A DNA stretch of 64,000 nt from an uncultured Acidobacteriota bacterium (GCA_963809485.1 CAWEJX010000020.1:64001-128000); one strand, 5' to 3'. Counted from the stretch's first letter, positions 38,564 to 50,116 are shown. Program-made: numbers and translations. Notes: generated by a model not told the origin, from the sequence alone.

Positions 38564-40618
38564 ATGCATGTCCTGAAATTTTGTTCCCTGCTGGCGACTG
38601 CAGCAGTTTTGATTTCGAAACCTTCCCCCGGAACAAACCAGGCGGCCGATCTGCATCTCATGCCGATTCCGGCGAATATTTCTGTGCAGCCCGGCAGGCT
38701 TATGCTGGACGGCAGCTTCCGGTTCAGCGTGGGCGGTTACGAGGATTCACGCCTGAGAGGGGCCATCGCCCGTTTTCTTGCCCGCCTTTCGGGCAAGACG
38801 GGATTCTCGCTGTCTGAAGCGCCCGTTGCGGATCCGACAGAGGCCGTGCTCGATATTCGTTGCGATGGAGTTGGTGAACAGGTCCCATCGGTTCAAGCTG
38901 ACGAATCGTACGTGCTCGACGTGACGACCCGGCGGGCTGCGTTGACTGCGCCTTCGCCTGTTGGAATCCTTCGAGGACTGGAAACCTTGCTTCAACTGGT
39001 TGATCTGGATTCCCAGTCCTTTTTCGTTCCTTCGCTGAGAATCGAGGACCATCCCCGCTTCCGCTGGAGGGGTCTGCTCATCGATGTTTCCCGCCACTGG
39101 GAGCCCGCAGATCTGATAATACGAAACCTGGATGCCATGGCGGCCGTGAAGATGAATGTTTTCCATTGGCATCTGTCCGACGACCAGGGATTCCGAGTGG
39201 AATCCAAGGTCTTCCCGAAGCTTCATAAAATAGGGTCCGAGGGGAAATACTACACCCAGCAGGAAATCAAAGAGGTTGTCGAATATGCACGGAATCGAGG
39301 TATCCGTGTGATACCGGAATTCGACATGCCCGGCCATACCACGGCCTGGCTTGTTGCTTATCCTGAGTTGGCAAGCAAACCCGGGCCATACAAAATTGAA
39401 CGTTCCTGGGGTGTGTTTGATCCGTGCATGGACCCAACGCGGGAGAAGACCTATTCTTTTTTGGATTCCTTCATTGGCGAAATGGCCGGGCTTTTCCCGG
39501 ATGAATATTTCCATATTGGCGGGGATGAGGTAAACGGCAAACACTGGAACACCAATCCGAGAATCCGCTCTTACAAGAAGCGGCACAACCTGCAGAATAA
39601 CCGCGACCTGCAGGCGTATTTCAACCAGCGCCTGGGAAAAATCCTCGCAAAGCACGGGAAAAAAATGATCGGATGGGATGAAATTCTCCATCCCGGCCTC
39701 CCTTCCGAGGTCACAATCCAGTCCTGGCGGGGACAGGCTGCACTGGCAGACAGTGCCCGTCGGGGACACTCCGGCATCCTCTCCTATGGCTACTACCTGG
39801 ACCATATGCGGCCGGCTTCATTTCACTATGAAATCGATCCTCTCGGCAAGGAGGCCGCGTCTCTTACCGATGCCGAAAAATCCATGATACTCGGGGGAGA
39901 AGCCTGCATGTGGGCCGAGTTTGTCAATCCCGACAATATTGAATCAAGAATCTGGCCGAGAGCCGCAGCTATTGCAGAGAGGTTCTGGTCCCCCGCCGAA
40001 ATCCTCGATATTCCGGACCTGTACCGCCGCCTCGGCTATATGGACAGTGCACTGGTTTCCCTGGGCCTGCAGCATCAAACCCGATACATCGGCGGGCTGC
40101 GAAACATGATCGGGGAGCGTCATCTGGATCTATTGCATGAATTCGCGGGACTCCTGAAACCCACGGGACTGGGAACCCGGCAGCGATCCCGGCAATACAG
40201 CAGCCTGATTCCATTAAATCGGATGGTGGACGCGGTTTTGCCTGAGAGCCAGGCGGCCAGGCAGCTGGAAAACCAGGTGCAGGCCGCTCTTGCCGGCGGG
40301 ATGGATGCCTCCGGAGCCGTTCAGAGGATTCGGCAATCGCTGGCCCGGTGGCAGGAAACCGCAAACCGATTGAGCCCTGAGTTTGCGCGATCCGAGATCC
40401 TGGCGGAAGTCGTGCCGCTGACTGGAATTGTTTCCAGGCTCAGCGATATGGGACTTCAGGCGCTGGAATTTCTGCAGTCCGCGCAAAAACCGTCTGCGGA
40501 ATGGCGCGACCAAACAGCCGCGTTGATCAAAATCGCGGACATGCCGCAGGCGGAAATGCTGGTGGCGATTGCTCCCCCCATCCTAAAGCTCATCGATGCG
40601 GCAAACGCGATGCCTTGA
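38564..40618 (+). CDS. Beta-N-acetylhexosaminidase, GH20, secreted
   Basis: DHPRFRWRGLLIDVSRH, FHWHLSDDQG, PEFDMPGH, HIGGDE, GGEACMWAE. Confidence 0.95.
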   Translation: MHVLKFCSLLATAAVLISKPSPGTNQAADLHLMPIPANISVQPGRLMLDGSFRFSVGGYEDSRLRGAIARFLARLSGKTGFSLSEAPVADPTEAVLDIRCDGVGEQVPSVQADESYVLDVTTRRAALTAPSPVGILRGLETLLQLVDLDSQSFFVPSLRIEDHPRFRWRGLLIDVSRHWEPADLIIRNLDAMAAVKMNVFHWHLSDDQGFRVESKVFPKLHKIGSEGKYYTQQEIKEVVEYARNRGIRVIPEFDMPGHTTAWLVAYPELASKPGPYKIERSWGVFDPCMDPTREKTYSFLDSFIGEMAGLFPDEYFHIGGDEVNGKHWNTNPRIRSYKKRHNLQNNRDLQAYFNQRLGKILAKHGKKMIGWDEILHPGLPSEVTIQSWRGQAALADSARRGHSGILSYGYYLDHMRPASFHYEIDPLGKEAASLTDAEKSMILGGEACMWAEFVNPDNIESRIWPRAAAIAERFWSPAEILDIPDLYRRLGYMDSALVSLGLQHQTRYIGGLRNMIGERHLDLLHEFAGLLKPTGLGTRQRSRQYSSLIPLNRMVDAVLPESQAARQLENQVQAALAGGMDASGAVQRIRQSLARWQETANRLSPEFARSEILAEVVPLTGIVSRLSDMGLQALEFLQSAQKPSAEWRDQTAALIKIADMPQAEMLVAIAPPILKLIDAANAMP

Positions 40619-40785
40619 GAAACACATTTACCAGCCGCACCCGCAGCATTGGGCATAGCGAGAGATCGCTCCCGGTTATTGGTGAGGATGGTCTGCAGAC
40701 CCGTCTGACCAACCATAACCGGTTATCCGTCTATCGGACGGTCTCTGGAGAGCCGTCCTCACCAATAAATGCATCCGGGGCGTCT

Positions 40786-41046
40786 TCATGGCTGCTGCAA
40801 AATCACTGTGGTGGATCCGTGGTCGATTGCGTCGCGGAACGCAATTACGCGGGGGTGTTTTTTGAGGATGGAGTGGACGATTGCACGCTGCACCCCGATG
40901 CCGCGGCCGTGAATGATGCGCACCTCGCGGAAACCTTTCAGGATCGCCTGGTGAAGGTACTCCTCGACCAGGCTGGGGATATCCGCCGGCAGAAATGTAT
41001 GCAGGTCAATCGAGTCTTCTATGGGCAACTCCACCGTCTCCGTCAT
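40786..41046 (-). CDS. Small Smr (MutS2 C-terminal) domain protein
   Basis: IDLHTF, VRIIHGRGIG, GSTTV. Confidence 0.88.
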   Translation of the reverse strand: MTETVELPIEDSIDLHTFLPADIPSLVEEYLHQAILKGFREVRIIHGRGIGVQRAIVHSILKKHPRVIAFRDAIDHGSTTVILQQP

Positions 41047-41129
41047 TTCGGATCCTTTCGGGACTTTTGGAAGAAAGCCCCTTGATTTTCGCTCCACTCT
41101 GCGCCCATTTTTAAACAAGGGAGATCACA

Positions 41130-42540
41130 ATGCAAACACGAACAGAAAAGGATTCCTTGGGCGAGCGGCGGATTCCAGCCGACGCCTATTACGGCATACA
41201 AACAGCCCGGGCCCTTGAGAATTTTCCGATCAGCGGCCTGAAACCGAAAACCCAATATATCCGTGCAACGGTCTACATCAAGAAATCCGCCGCCAGGGTG
41301 AATGAAGCCCTGGGACTGCTGGAAGGCAAAAAGGCGGATGCCATCATCGGCGCATGCAATGAAATACTCGAAGGCAAGCTTCTCGAGTGGTTTGTCGTGG
41401 ACGTTTACCAGGCCGGAGCCGGGACCTCGCACAACATGAATGCGAATGAGGTTATTGCCAACCGCGCCATCGAGCTTTTGGGCGGATCAAAGGGAGATTA
41501 CGCTCTTGTTCATCCTAATGATCACGTCAATATGGCTCAATCGACCAACGATGTCTGCCCAACAGCCATACGGATCGCCGCGGTTCTGTGCTCACAGCTG
41601 CTGGCAAACTCTTTGAGGGGGCTGGAGCGCCGTTTTTCGGCCAAGGCAGAAGAGTTTGACACTGTGATCAAGTCCGGCCGCACCCATCTGCAGGATGCGG
41701 TTCCGGTGCGTCTGGGGCAGGAATTCGGCGCGTATGCTGCCTGCATGCGCAAGCACCTTAAAAGCATCGAGGCAGCTGCGGATGCCAATAAGGAACTCGG
41801 AATCGGGGGCACAGCTGTCGGGACCGGGATTAACGCGCACCCGCAATATCGTCCAATGATGATCCGCGAACTCAGCTGCGAACTCGGGATCGTTTTCCGT
41901 GCAGCTGAGGACTATTTTGAGGCCATGCAGTCTCTGAGGCCTTTTGTAGAGCTCTCAGGAGCCGCTCGGTGCCTGGCCCAGGATCTCATTCGCATCGCGA
42001 ACGATCTGCGCCTCATGAGTTCCGGCCCCAAAACAGGTCTGGCCGAGATTGTTTTGCCGGCTGTCCAGCCGGGATCCTCCATTATGCCGGGCAAGGTGAA
42101 TCCCGTCCATCGCGGAGATGCTGAACATGGTCTGTTTTCAGGTGATTGGTTGTGACATGACCGTTCTGATGGCTGCCCAGGCCGGTCAACTGGAACTCAA
42201 CGTCATGATGCCCGTGGTCGCCCTTAATCTGCTGCATGAAATCGAGATCCTCCGGAACGCCATCGAAGTGTTTGCGCAGCTCTGCATCGCAGGCATACGG
42301 GCGGATGAAGCGAAGTGCAGAGAGTTTGCAGAAGCCAGCATGAGCATCGTCACGGTTCTGAACCCGCACATCGGCTATGCTGCGGCGGCGGAAGTGGCCA
42401 AGGAATACCTGAATACGGGAAAACCGATCCGCAAGATCGTCCTTGAAAGAGGGTTCGTAAGCGAGGAAAAGCTGGATAAGATTTTTGACCTGAAAATCAT
42501 GACGGAACCGGGAATCAGCCTGCCGGGTGGTAATTCCTGA
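41130..42540 (+). CDS. aspA: Aspartate ammonia-lyase (fumarase/aspartase superfamily) with one frameshift near 42108
   Basis: GAGTSHNMNANE, QSTND, GRTHLQDA, GSSIMPGKVNPV; removing one C at about 42108 restores NPV-IAEMLNM and joins ORF 42118..42540 (GQLELNVMMP). Confidence 0.85.
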
Positions 42541-42541
42541 C

Positions 42542-42588
42542 GGGAAACCGGCAGCGGCGATTGACGTTCCGCCCGCTGCCGGTTACCC
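42542..42588. terminator. Hairpin between convergent genes
   Basis: AACCGGCAGCGG / CCGCTGCCGGTT arms. Confidence 0.6.
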
Positions 42589-42600
42589 GCATTGCTTTCT

Positions 42601-43101
42601 TCAAATGTCCCTGTGCCAGTGAACAAAGGCAAATTTGTCCTCCGGCGCGTATCTGAGATTGAGAGTCCCTCCATAATCCCGCTGGACCGATTTGCCGATT
42701 CTTGCGACCAGGTGTTCGGTTGTAGCAGATAGTGTAATGCCCTCTCTATTTTCTTTCATTCCTATGATGCGCTCCAATGGCCTTTCTTCCTGAGTCTGTT
42801 TCTCCACATTTCTTATCCGGTTTAAAAGCTCCTGACGATGAGTATGGGCAAAAGTGCCGCTGAACTGAACTACACCCCCAACCAGCCCGTCGCGGACCTG
42901 CATGCAGGCCGGGCATAGCTTATATTGCCGCCCCTGTTCATTCGCCGAAGTCCCATGTTTCCAGACTCCGTCCTGGAAGCGGAGATCGCATCGAGGGCAC
43001 CGTGTATTCGAAGGATATTTGCCGGATCGTGGTAGCGACCCGCCGAGTTGACCGCGTTTCTGTTTGCGCAGTCCTTCGCGCAACTGCAACCTTTTAGCCA
43101 T
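42601..43101 (-). CDS. BCAM0308-like protein with two CxxC pairs
   Basis: CPRC...W...CPAC, HRQELLN, PLERII, TTEHLVARIG. Confidence 0.75.
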   Translation of the reverse strand: MAKRLQLREGLRKQKRGQLGGSLPRSGKYPSNTRCPRCDLRFQDGVWKHGTSANEQGRQYKLCPACMQVRDGLVGGVVQFSGTFAHTHRQELLNRIRNVEKQTQEERPLERIIGMKENREGITLSATTEHLVARIGKSVQRDYGGTLNLRYAPEDKFAFVHWHRDI

Positions 43102-43189
43102 CGATCCTCCTTAGGCACAAAAAATCAGAATTCATTGCCAAACCTGCGGACACAGCTTTTGTCCGCCAGCCTTGCCGACTGCCGGCCTT

Positions 43190-43666
43190 CTAGTACAGCA
43201 GGACCCCGAATGATCCGGTTTGGGGTCGTACCAGCCGTTCAAAGTCAGAGAAAGACATCTGGATAGTGTCCGCATGCGTCCCCGCGTTGAATGCAATGGT
43301 GGAGTTCAAACCGAGAGCTTCATCAACCCATACTTCCATGTGATAGAGATTCCCCAGCGGCGGCATCGCGCCCAGTTCGCATTCCGGGAAAACATCCCTG
43401 AATTCCTCCTCTGTCGCAATCCGCATGCAGCGCGCATCCAGAAGGTCTCCCAATGTATCAAGATCCACGCGGCTGTTCGCCGGAACGACAGCCATGATCA
43501 TTTTGCTGTCGTCAACCACGACCAACACAACCTTGGCGATCTTTTTACCGCTGAGGTGCTGCGCCTGCGCAGTCCCCTGCGCCGTGTATGCCGGCATGTG
43601 TCTGCATGGCTGATACGCAATGTGACGGGATTCCAAAAACTTGATGATATGAGCCGGAATTGGCAT
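43190..43666 (-). CDS. YbaK/EbsC aminoacyl-tRNA deacylase family
   Basis: AYTAQ, AKVV, ATEEE, CELGAMPP, FNAGTH. Confidence 0.9.
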   Translation of the reverse strand: MPIPAHIIKFLESRHIAYQPCRHMPAYTAQGTAQAQHLSGKKIAKVVLVVVDDSKMIMAVVPANSRVDLDTLGDLLDARCMRIATEEEFRDVFPECELGAMPPLGNLYHMEVWVDEALGLNSTIAFNAGTHADTIQMSFSDFERLVRPQTGSFGVLLY

Positions 43667-44118
43667 GTTGCTCTCCTTTCCGGTTCGAAGGCGGGTGCGA
43701 TCAGGGCATGGCTCCCGTAAAGCTGCTCCAACGAAACCCGCCTTGAAACCACGAAGACAGGTTTATACAAATTTGCAGCTTATAATCGAACAGGGCTGCA
43801 ATTCTCCAGTCCTTGCCGGGATTGTGGATGTTTTCTGGAAGCAGCACATATTGTTCCGCTCCTTCCAATAATTCCTCTACCGTTATGCTATACCCTTTCC
43901 CCGGCGCGATCTACCTCATAACGAGATCCATCCGCGCCTGGGAGGGAATTTGAAGCCTTCGGGACTGGGAGGCTGAAGGGGGCTAAGACGCCAGAACGTC
44001 CGGTTCTTATTGTCAAAATCGGCTGACAGGAAGAATGGACTTTCTCCAAATTTCCTTTATAATGCTTCGGCTGGCAAGACCCGGTTATAAATGTTTCTAT
44101 TACGAAGGAGCGCAGAAC

Positions 44119-45882
44119 ATGCCCTATGATGCAACCAAAATGGCCGATTGGGAAATAGCCCAGGCCACTGAAAAAAATATGCCCTCGGCAGCCCAATGGA
44201 AGGAAAAACTGGGGCTTCAGGAGGACGAAATACTGCCCATGGGTAGAGTCAGTAAGCTGAATTTTCTCAAGATTATAGACCGGCTGAAGAATCGCCCTGA
44301 CGGCAAGTTTGTTGAAGTTACGGCAATCACCCCCACGCCCCTGGGCGAAGGTAAAACAACAACTTCCATCGGTTTAATGGAAGGGTTGGGCAAGTTGGGA
44401 AAGAATGTCGGCGGCTGCATCCGTCAGCCGTCGGGCGGGCCCACCATGAACATCAAGGGGACCGCGGCGGGCGGTGGCAATGCACTGCTGATCCCGATGA
44501 CCGAGTTCTCCCTCGGCCTTACCGGAGACCTCAACGACATTATGAATGCGCATAACCTCGCGATGGTCGCCCTGACCGCGCGGATGCAGCATGAGCGCAA
44601 CTATGACGATGAAAAACTGCAGAAGCTCTCAAAAATGCGCCGCCTTGATATCGATCCCACACGCGTGGAATTCACATGGGTGATGGATTTCTGTGCTCAG
44701 GCCTTGCGCCACATGGTGATCGGGATGGGGGACAAGCAGGACGGCTACATGATGAAGTCTCAGTTCAACATCATTCCGAGTTCCGAGCTCATGGCCATTC
44801 TTGCCATCGTGCGCGACCTGGCGGACCTGCGCGAACGCATCGGCAATATTACGCTGGCTTTCGACAAGTATGGCAAGGTGGTAACTACAAGCGACCTCGA
44901 GGTCGCGGGTGCCATGACAGCCTGGATGCGTAACACAATCAACCCGACTCTCTGTTGCACGGCCGAATATCAGCCCCTGCTGGTTCATGCCGGCCCGTTC
45001 GCAAACATCGCCGTGGGCCAGTCCTCTATCATCGGCGACAGGGTCGGACTCAAGCTGTGCGATTATCATGTTACAGAGAGCGGGTTCGGCGCCGACATCG
45101 GCTTCGAAAAATTCTGGAACGTCAAGTGCCGCTACGCCGGCATGAAGCCGAGCACTTCAGTGCTGACTGCCACCATCCGAGCGCTCAAAATGCACGGCAA
45201 GGGCCCAACCGTTACTCCGGGTGTTCCTCTGCCTGAAGCCTATACCAAAGAAAATCTCAAGCTGCTGGAAGACGGCCTCTGCAACATGATCCATCACATC
45301 GGAATCATCCGCAAAGCCGGCATCAACCCGGTGGTTTGCATCAACAAGTTCCACACGGATACCAAAGATGAAATCGCCATGGTCCGCAAGGCAGCCGAAG
45401 CCGCCGGAGCCCGTTGTGCCGTTTCCGAACAGTGGGCGAAGGGCGGTGAAGGTGCCGTCGAGCTGGCCGAGGCCGTAGTCGAAGCCTGCAACGAAAAGAT
45501 CAACTTCGATTACCTGTATCCTCTGGATATGAAACTCCGCGATCGCGTCGAAAAGATTGCGAAGGAAGTCTATGGCGCCGACGGTGTTTCCTGGGCGCCC
45601 GATGCGCTGGCCAAGGCAAAGGCATTCGAGGCGGATCCGAAGTACGCCGATTACGCCACGCTAATGGTGAAGACGCACCTGAGCCTTACCCATGAACCCG
45701 GACTGAAGGGAGTGCCCAAGGGATGGACACTTCCCATCCGCGACATCCTGATCTTCTCAGGCGCCAAGTTCCTCTGTCCGCTGGCAGGAAGCATCAGCCT
45801 GATGCCTGGCACCGGATCGAATCCCGGATTCCGGCGTGTCGACGTGGATGTAAAGACCGGCGATGTTATGGGATTGTTCTAG
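44119..45882 (+). CDS. fhs: Formate--tetrahydrofolate ligase
   Basis: [46 protein letters not shown]; RBS AAGGAG before ATG 44119. Confidence 0.97.
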   Translation: MPYDATKMADWEIAQATEKNMPSAAQWKEKLGLQEDEILPMGRVSKLNFLKIIDRLKNRPDGKFVEVTAITPTPLGEGKTTTSIGLMEGLGKLGKNVGGCIRQPSGGPTMNIKGTAAGGGNALLIPMTEFSLGLTGDLNDIMNAHNLAMVALTARMQHERNYDDEKLQKLSKMRRLDIDPTRVEFTWVMDFCAQALRHMVIGMGDKQDGYMMKSQFNIIPSSELMAILAIVRDLADLRERIGNITLAFDKYGKVVTTSDLEVAGAMTAWMRNTINPTLCCTAEYQPLLVHAGPFANIAVGQSSIIGDRVGLKLCDYHVTESGFGADIGFEKFWNVKCRYAGMKPSTSVLTATIRALKMHGKGPTVTPGVPLPEAYTKENLKLLEDGLCNMIHHIGIIRKAGINPVVCINKFHTDTKDEIAMVRKAAEAAGARCAVSEQWAKGGEGAVELAEAVVEACNEKINFDYLYPLDMKLRDRVEKIAKEVYGADGVSWAPDALAKAKAFEADPKYADYATLMVKTHLSLTHEPGLKGVPKGWTLPIRDILIFSGAKFLCPLAGSISLMPGTGSNPGFRRVDVDVKTGDVMGLF

Positions 45883-45920
45883 TCGGGCGTTCTCTGAACA
45901 GAGAACCGTTGGAGTACTGC

Positions 45921-45975
45921 AAATCCGCCCCGGCTCATGCGGGATCAACAAATTCGGCTGAGTCGGGGCGGATTT
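45921..45975. terminator. Inverted repeat between convergent fhs and MFS genes
   Basis: AAATCCGCCCCGGCTCA / TGAGTCGGGGCGGATTT. Confidence 0.7.
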
Positions 45976-47253
45976 CTATTTTGGGAGACTGGCAGACGAT
46001 CCCCGGATCATAAAAAAAGCCGATCCCGCGAGGCAACAGATGCCCCCGAGCGCAACCGCCAGGGGCGCTCCAACGTTTTCAGCGATGATCCCGGCCAGAA
46101 AAGAACCAAAAGGCGCCATTCCCATAAAAATGGTGGTGTGTACCGCCATCACCCTGCCGCGCAGGTTGTCGGGAACCATCAGCTGAATCAAGGTGTTTGT
46201 ACATGCCATCTGAAGCATAAACGAAAAACCCACCGGGACCAGAAAAAGCGCCGAAAGCCAGAAAGAACGGGAGGCTGAAAACAAAATCAGGCTGAAGCCG
46301 AATCCGGCAGATGCCAGGGCGATCAGTTTTTGAAGCCCCCGCGAGCTGGACCGCGCTGCCAGCATAATGGCGCCTGCAACGGCGCCCAACCCTGTGGAGC
46401 CCATCAGGATGCCCAGGCCGCGCGAGCCTCCGTGAAGTATCGAGTCGGCAAAAATGGGCATGAGCACCGAATAGGGCATCCCCACAAGACTTACCAATCC
46501 CAGAAGCATCAGCACGTTTCGAATGGATCCCGCACGCCGCACAAAACGGAATCCTTCCAGCAATTCGCTGATGCCCGAGCTGCGGCTCGCAACCGGCGCC
46601 CCGTGATCCAGCCTCATAAGCAGCAGGCCGCCGATGACGGCCAAAAAGCTGAGGGAATTGCCGAAAAAACACCACCCTTCCCCGATGCCGGCGATGAGCA
46701 CTCCCGCGACCGCAGGCCCCAGCACTCGCGCGCCGTTAAAGAGCGTGGAATTGAGCGCTATGGCATTTAGCAGGTCCTCTTTCCTGACCAGTTCCACCAC
46801 GAAGGCCTGGCGCGCCGGCATGTCGAATGCATTCACTATGCCCAGAATCGCTGCGAGCACGAAGATATGCCAGATCCGGACGGTTCCACTCAGCGTGAGC
46901 AAAGCCAGAATCAATGCCTGGATCATTGCGGCCGTCTGGGTTGCGATGACGACTTTGCGGCGGTCATATCTATCGGCTACCGTCCCTCCGATAAAAGCCA
47001 GCAGGAGGACCGGGATCTGGGATGCGAAGCCTACCGAGCCAAGCAGCAGAGACGATCCCGTCAGCCGGTACACGAGCCAGGGCTGTGCGACCATCTGCAT
47101 CCAGGTTCCGACAAGGGAGACGAGCTGACCTCCAAAAAACAGGCGGTAGTTCCGATGCCGCAAGGCACGAAGCATCAGCCTGAATTTCGCAGGGTTTTGG
47201 CCGGTGATTTGCGGCACATCGCTTCCCGGGTCGATGACGGGAGTGTTCTGCAT
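45976..47253 (-). CDS. MFS transporter (MFS_3/DUF894-like)
   Basis: ALRHRNYRLFF, GTWMQ, ADRYDRR, PARQA, LRGRVM; about 12 TMs. Confidence 0.92.
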   Translation of the reverse strand: MQNTPVIDPGSDVPQITGQNPAKFRLMLRALRHRNYRLFFGGQLVSLVGTWMQMVAQPWLVYRLTGSSLLLGSVGFASQIPVLLLAFIGGTVADRYDRRKVVIATQTAAMIQALILALLTLSGTVRIWHIFVLAAILGIVNAFDMPARQAFVVELVRKEDLLNAIALNSTLFNGARVLGPAVAGVLIAGIGEGWCFFGNSLSFLAVIGGLLLMRLDHGAPVASRSSGISELLEGFRFVRRAGSIRNVLMLLGLVSLVGMPYSVLMPIFADSILHGGSRGLGILMGSTGLGAVAGAIMLAARSSSRGLQKLIALASAGFGFSLILFSASRSFWLSALFLVPVGFSFMLQMACTNTLIQLMVPDNLRGRVMAVHTTIFMGMAPFGSFLAGIIAENVGAPLAVALGGICCLAGSAFFMIRGSSASLPK

Positions 47254-47548
47254 ACGGGGCGCAGTTTATCCCAATGCCGCATGGAAGGCCAGTTCGGCAT
47301 CGTGTCCGTTCTCTGCCTGCAATGGTGGGCTCCTCAGCGCCTTTATCAGCAAATGCCAGTATCAGCTGTTCCTGAATCCACCGGATTCCTTGAGTCCTCC
47401 CAAAAAGCCAGGCCAAGGGAACCGATGAAACCATGCGTCGTGGGAAACGCATGCAAGGTCCTAATAAGATTAAAAGACAATGCAATATCGGGAAATGGAA
47501 AAGGGTTCGGCTGCCGGGCCGGGAAGGAAAGGCGCGGAAATGCTCGTC

Positions 47549-47570
47549 AGGGCGGCCTTGCGGCCGCCCT
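47549..47570 (-). terminator. GC-rich hairpin just downstream of folD
   Basis: AGGGCGGCC-TTGC-GGCCGCCCT (GCAA tetraloop on the minus strand). Confidence 0.55.
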
Positions 47571-47581
47571 CTCAGGCACGG

Positions 47582-48469
47582 CTACTGAATCAGGCCAACG
47601 CTTCGTTTGGCCGCGTTCAGCGTATTCTGCATTAACATTGCGATCGTCATCGGGCCCACCCCTCCGGGAACCGGTGTGATTGCGCCGGCCACTTCTTTGG
47701 CCTTTTCGAAATCGACATCTCCGACCAGCCTCTGCCCGCTCTTTTTCGTGGCATCCGGGATAGCGTTCGTCCCTACGTCGATGATGGTCGCTCCGGGCTT
47801 GATCCACTCGGCTTTGACAAACTGCGCTTTGCCGATGGCTGCTACCACGATATCCGCTTCGCGCACGACATCGGCAATGTTCTGCGTGCGGGAATGGCAG
47901 ATTGTCACGGTAGCGTTCCTATGAACCAGCAGCATGGCAGCCGGCAAGCCGACGATATTTGACCGGCCCAGGACAACCGCCCGGGCACCCTCGATCTTTG
48001 TTCCCGCCGAATCGATCAGCTCAATGACACCGGCAGGGGTACACGGCACAAACATCGGTTCCCGGTTTTTCATGGCCAGGCGGCCGATATTGACCGGGTG
48101 AAATCCGTCAATGTCTTTTTCGATAGGAACGGCGCCCAGGATGGATTCCGTATCCAGATGCTTCGGCAGGGGCAATTGTACGAGAATGCCGTGAACCTTC
48201 GGGTCTGCCGCGAGTTCGCGCACAACTTTCATGGCGTCCTCTTGCGAGATGTCGGCGGGCAAAGTCCGGCCGACCGAAGCCATTCCAAGCTCCTGGCACA
48301 TTTTGTTCTTCATGCCGACATAGGTTTTGGATGCCGGATTTTCGCCGATCAGCACGGCAGCCAGTCCCGGAGCGATGCTGAATTTCGCCCGAAGCGATTC
48401 CGCCTCCTGCTTGACGCGATCCTGAATGATTTGAGCGACGGCTTTGCCGTCGATTAATTTTGCAGTCAT
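47582..48469 (-). CDS. folD: Methylenetetrahydrofolate dehydrogenase/cyclohydrolase
   Basis: GILVQLPLP, KDIDGFHP, PCTP, GRSNIVGLP, TPVPGGVGPMTIAML. Confidence 0.97.
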   Translation of the reverse strand: MTAKLIDGKAVAQIIQDRVKQEAESLRAKFSIAPGLAAVLIGENPASKTYVGMKNKMCQELGMASVGRTLPADISQEDAMKVVRELAADPKVHGILVQLPLPKHLDTESILGAVPIEKDIDGFHPVNIGRLAMKNREPMFVPCTPAGVIELIDSAGTKIEGARAVVLGRSNIVGLPAAMLLVHRNATVTICHSRTQNIADVVREADIVVAAIGKAQFVKAEWIKPGATIIDVGTNAIPDATKKSGQRLVGDVDFEKAKEVAGAITPVPGGVGPMTIAMLMQNTLNAAKRSVGLIQ

Positions 48470-48826
48470 TTTATCTCCTTAATGAAATAGGGAAAAAGCG
48501 AGCGCGCTTTGATTCGGCCTACCTATATAATGCAGTACTTCCCTTTTCGACACTCCAACGTTGTATTCCCAGCCCCCTAATCCTTTCAGCGCTTCAGAAG
48601 CCGCCATCGCCCGGCGCAGTTCGGGCCCGGGATAAAACCTTAAGGCGCCATGATTGAATGCACCCGGGCTTATTTGGCGCAAAGCGCGCAAATTTTACCA
48701 TGGACAAGCCTCCTAATGCTCTGGAATTTCATGGCGTGGCCAGGCGCACTCCGTGCATTTTTGCCGGCAGCAGCCTGTATTGACAGGATAAAGCCGGGGG
48801 GATTATCGTAAACAGAGAAGGACCCA

Positions 48827-50059
48827 ATGATCTCGCGACGTGAGTTCCTGATTTCCGCTTCAAAGACCGCTTCGATGGCCGGAGTACCGCTGGCGCTGTC
48901 CACGGCCCTTCCGGATGGGTGGGTCTCAGATGCCTTCGGTTTTGCGGTTCCCGATGCCGCGGACAACCTGATTCGAACCGCTCCAAAGGCGCGCTACTGG
49001 ATATCAACGGCCTCCCCCAACGTCGATTGCCGGAATTGCCATAAGCCTGAATACGCAACCAGCGGCAAGGGATATACCCACAAGCCTGCCACGGTACAAT
49101 GCGTCTTGTGCGCTCAGAACTGCGTTCTGCGCGCCGGCGAACGGGGCAAGTGCAGGTCCAGGATGAACGTCAACGGCGAATTGCGGAGCCTGGTATACGG
49201 CCGGCCCGTCTCCGTGCACGTGGATCCCATCGAAAAAAAGCCCTTCTATCATTTTCTGCCGGGTGCCGATGCTTTTTCCTTCGCCACCTCCGGCTGCCCT
49301 CTGAGGTGCAAGTTCTGCCAGAACTGGGAAATCTCCCAGTCCCGCCCGGAGGATTTCGACACGGTCATCGTGCCGCCCGAGGAGATCGTCCGGTCGGCTT
49401 CATCCCGCAAAGCCCCGGTCATTGCCTTCACGTACAACGAACCCACCGTTTTTATCGAATACCTTAGCGACACCGCCAAAATTGCAAAGCGGCAGAAGCT
49501 GCGCTGTGTCCTGGTAAGCTGCGGTTTCATGAACACGGCTCCACTGAGTGAAATGTGCGGGCTTCTGGATGCCATCAAAATCGATCTGAAGGGCTTCAGT
49601 CCCGATTTTTACCGCAATGTCTGCGACGCAGAGATTCAGCCTGTGCTCAACAGCATCCGGCATGTCGCCAGGAGTAAAGTTCACCTGGAAATCGTCAATC
49701 TGGTGGTACCCACCCTGAACGATTCCGAAAAAATGCTGCGCGGTCTTGTGGACTGGATCCTTGGAGAGATCGGCCCGGATGTGCCGATTCATTTCACCCG
49801 GTTTCATCCTGACTATCAGCTTCTCAACCTTCCTCCGACGCCGGTGGCGACTCTGGAAAGAGCTCGGGATCTTGCCGTGAGTCGAGGTATCCGTTTCGCC
49901 TATGTGGGAAATGTCCCGAACCATCCGGGTAATCACACCTATTGCCCCGCATGCGGCAAAGCCGTGATTCGGCGGACCTCGATTTTCATAGAGGAAATGA
50001 GCTTGATAAAAGGATGCTGCAAGTTCTGCGGCAAGGCAATTCCCGGTGTATGGTCTTGA
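48827..50059 (+). CDS. amrS: AmmeMemoRadiSam system radical SAM enzyme with Tat-like signal and an extra CxxCH
   Basis: SRREFL twin-arginine; CRNCH; VDPIEKKPFYHF, GCPLRCKFCQNWEISQ, TYNEP, C-terminal CPAC/CKFC. Confidence 0.9.
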   Translation: MISRREFLISASKTASMAGVPLALSTALPDGWVSDAFGFAVPDAADNLIRTAPKARYWISTASPNVDCRNCHKPEYATSGKGYTHKPATVQCVLCAQNCVLRAGERGKCRSRMNVNGELRSLVYGRPVSVHVDPIEKKPFYHFLPGADAFSFATSGCPLRCKFCQNWEISQSRPEDFDTVIVPPEEIVRSASSRKAPVIAFTYNEPTVFIEYLSDTAKIAKRQKLRCVLVSCGFMNTAPLSEMCGLLDAIKIDLKGFSPDFYRNVCDAEIQPVLNSIRHVARSKVHLEIVNLVVPTLNDSEKMLRGLVDWILGEIGPDVPIHFTRFHPDYQLLNLPPTPVATLERARDLAVSRGIRFAYVGNVPNHPGNHTYCPACGKAVIRRTSIFIEEMSLIKGCCKFCGKAIPGVWS

Positions 50060-50116
50060 ATAAGAAATGCGGAATTCGGGCTGGCGGCTTATTCAATATG
50101 GCCCAGGGAATACTAT

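Noticed and set aside
43880-44118. ZTP (pfl) or THF riboswitch upstream of fhs
   Set aside because: There is an imperfect hairpin near 43890-43950, but I could not match the conserved aptamer motifs by eye; an Rfam/Infernal scan would settle it.
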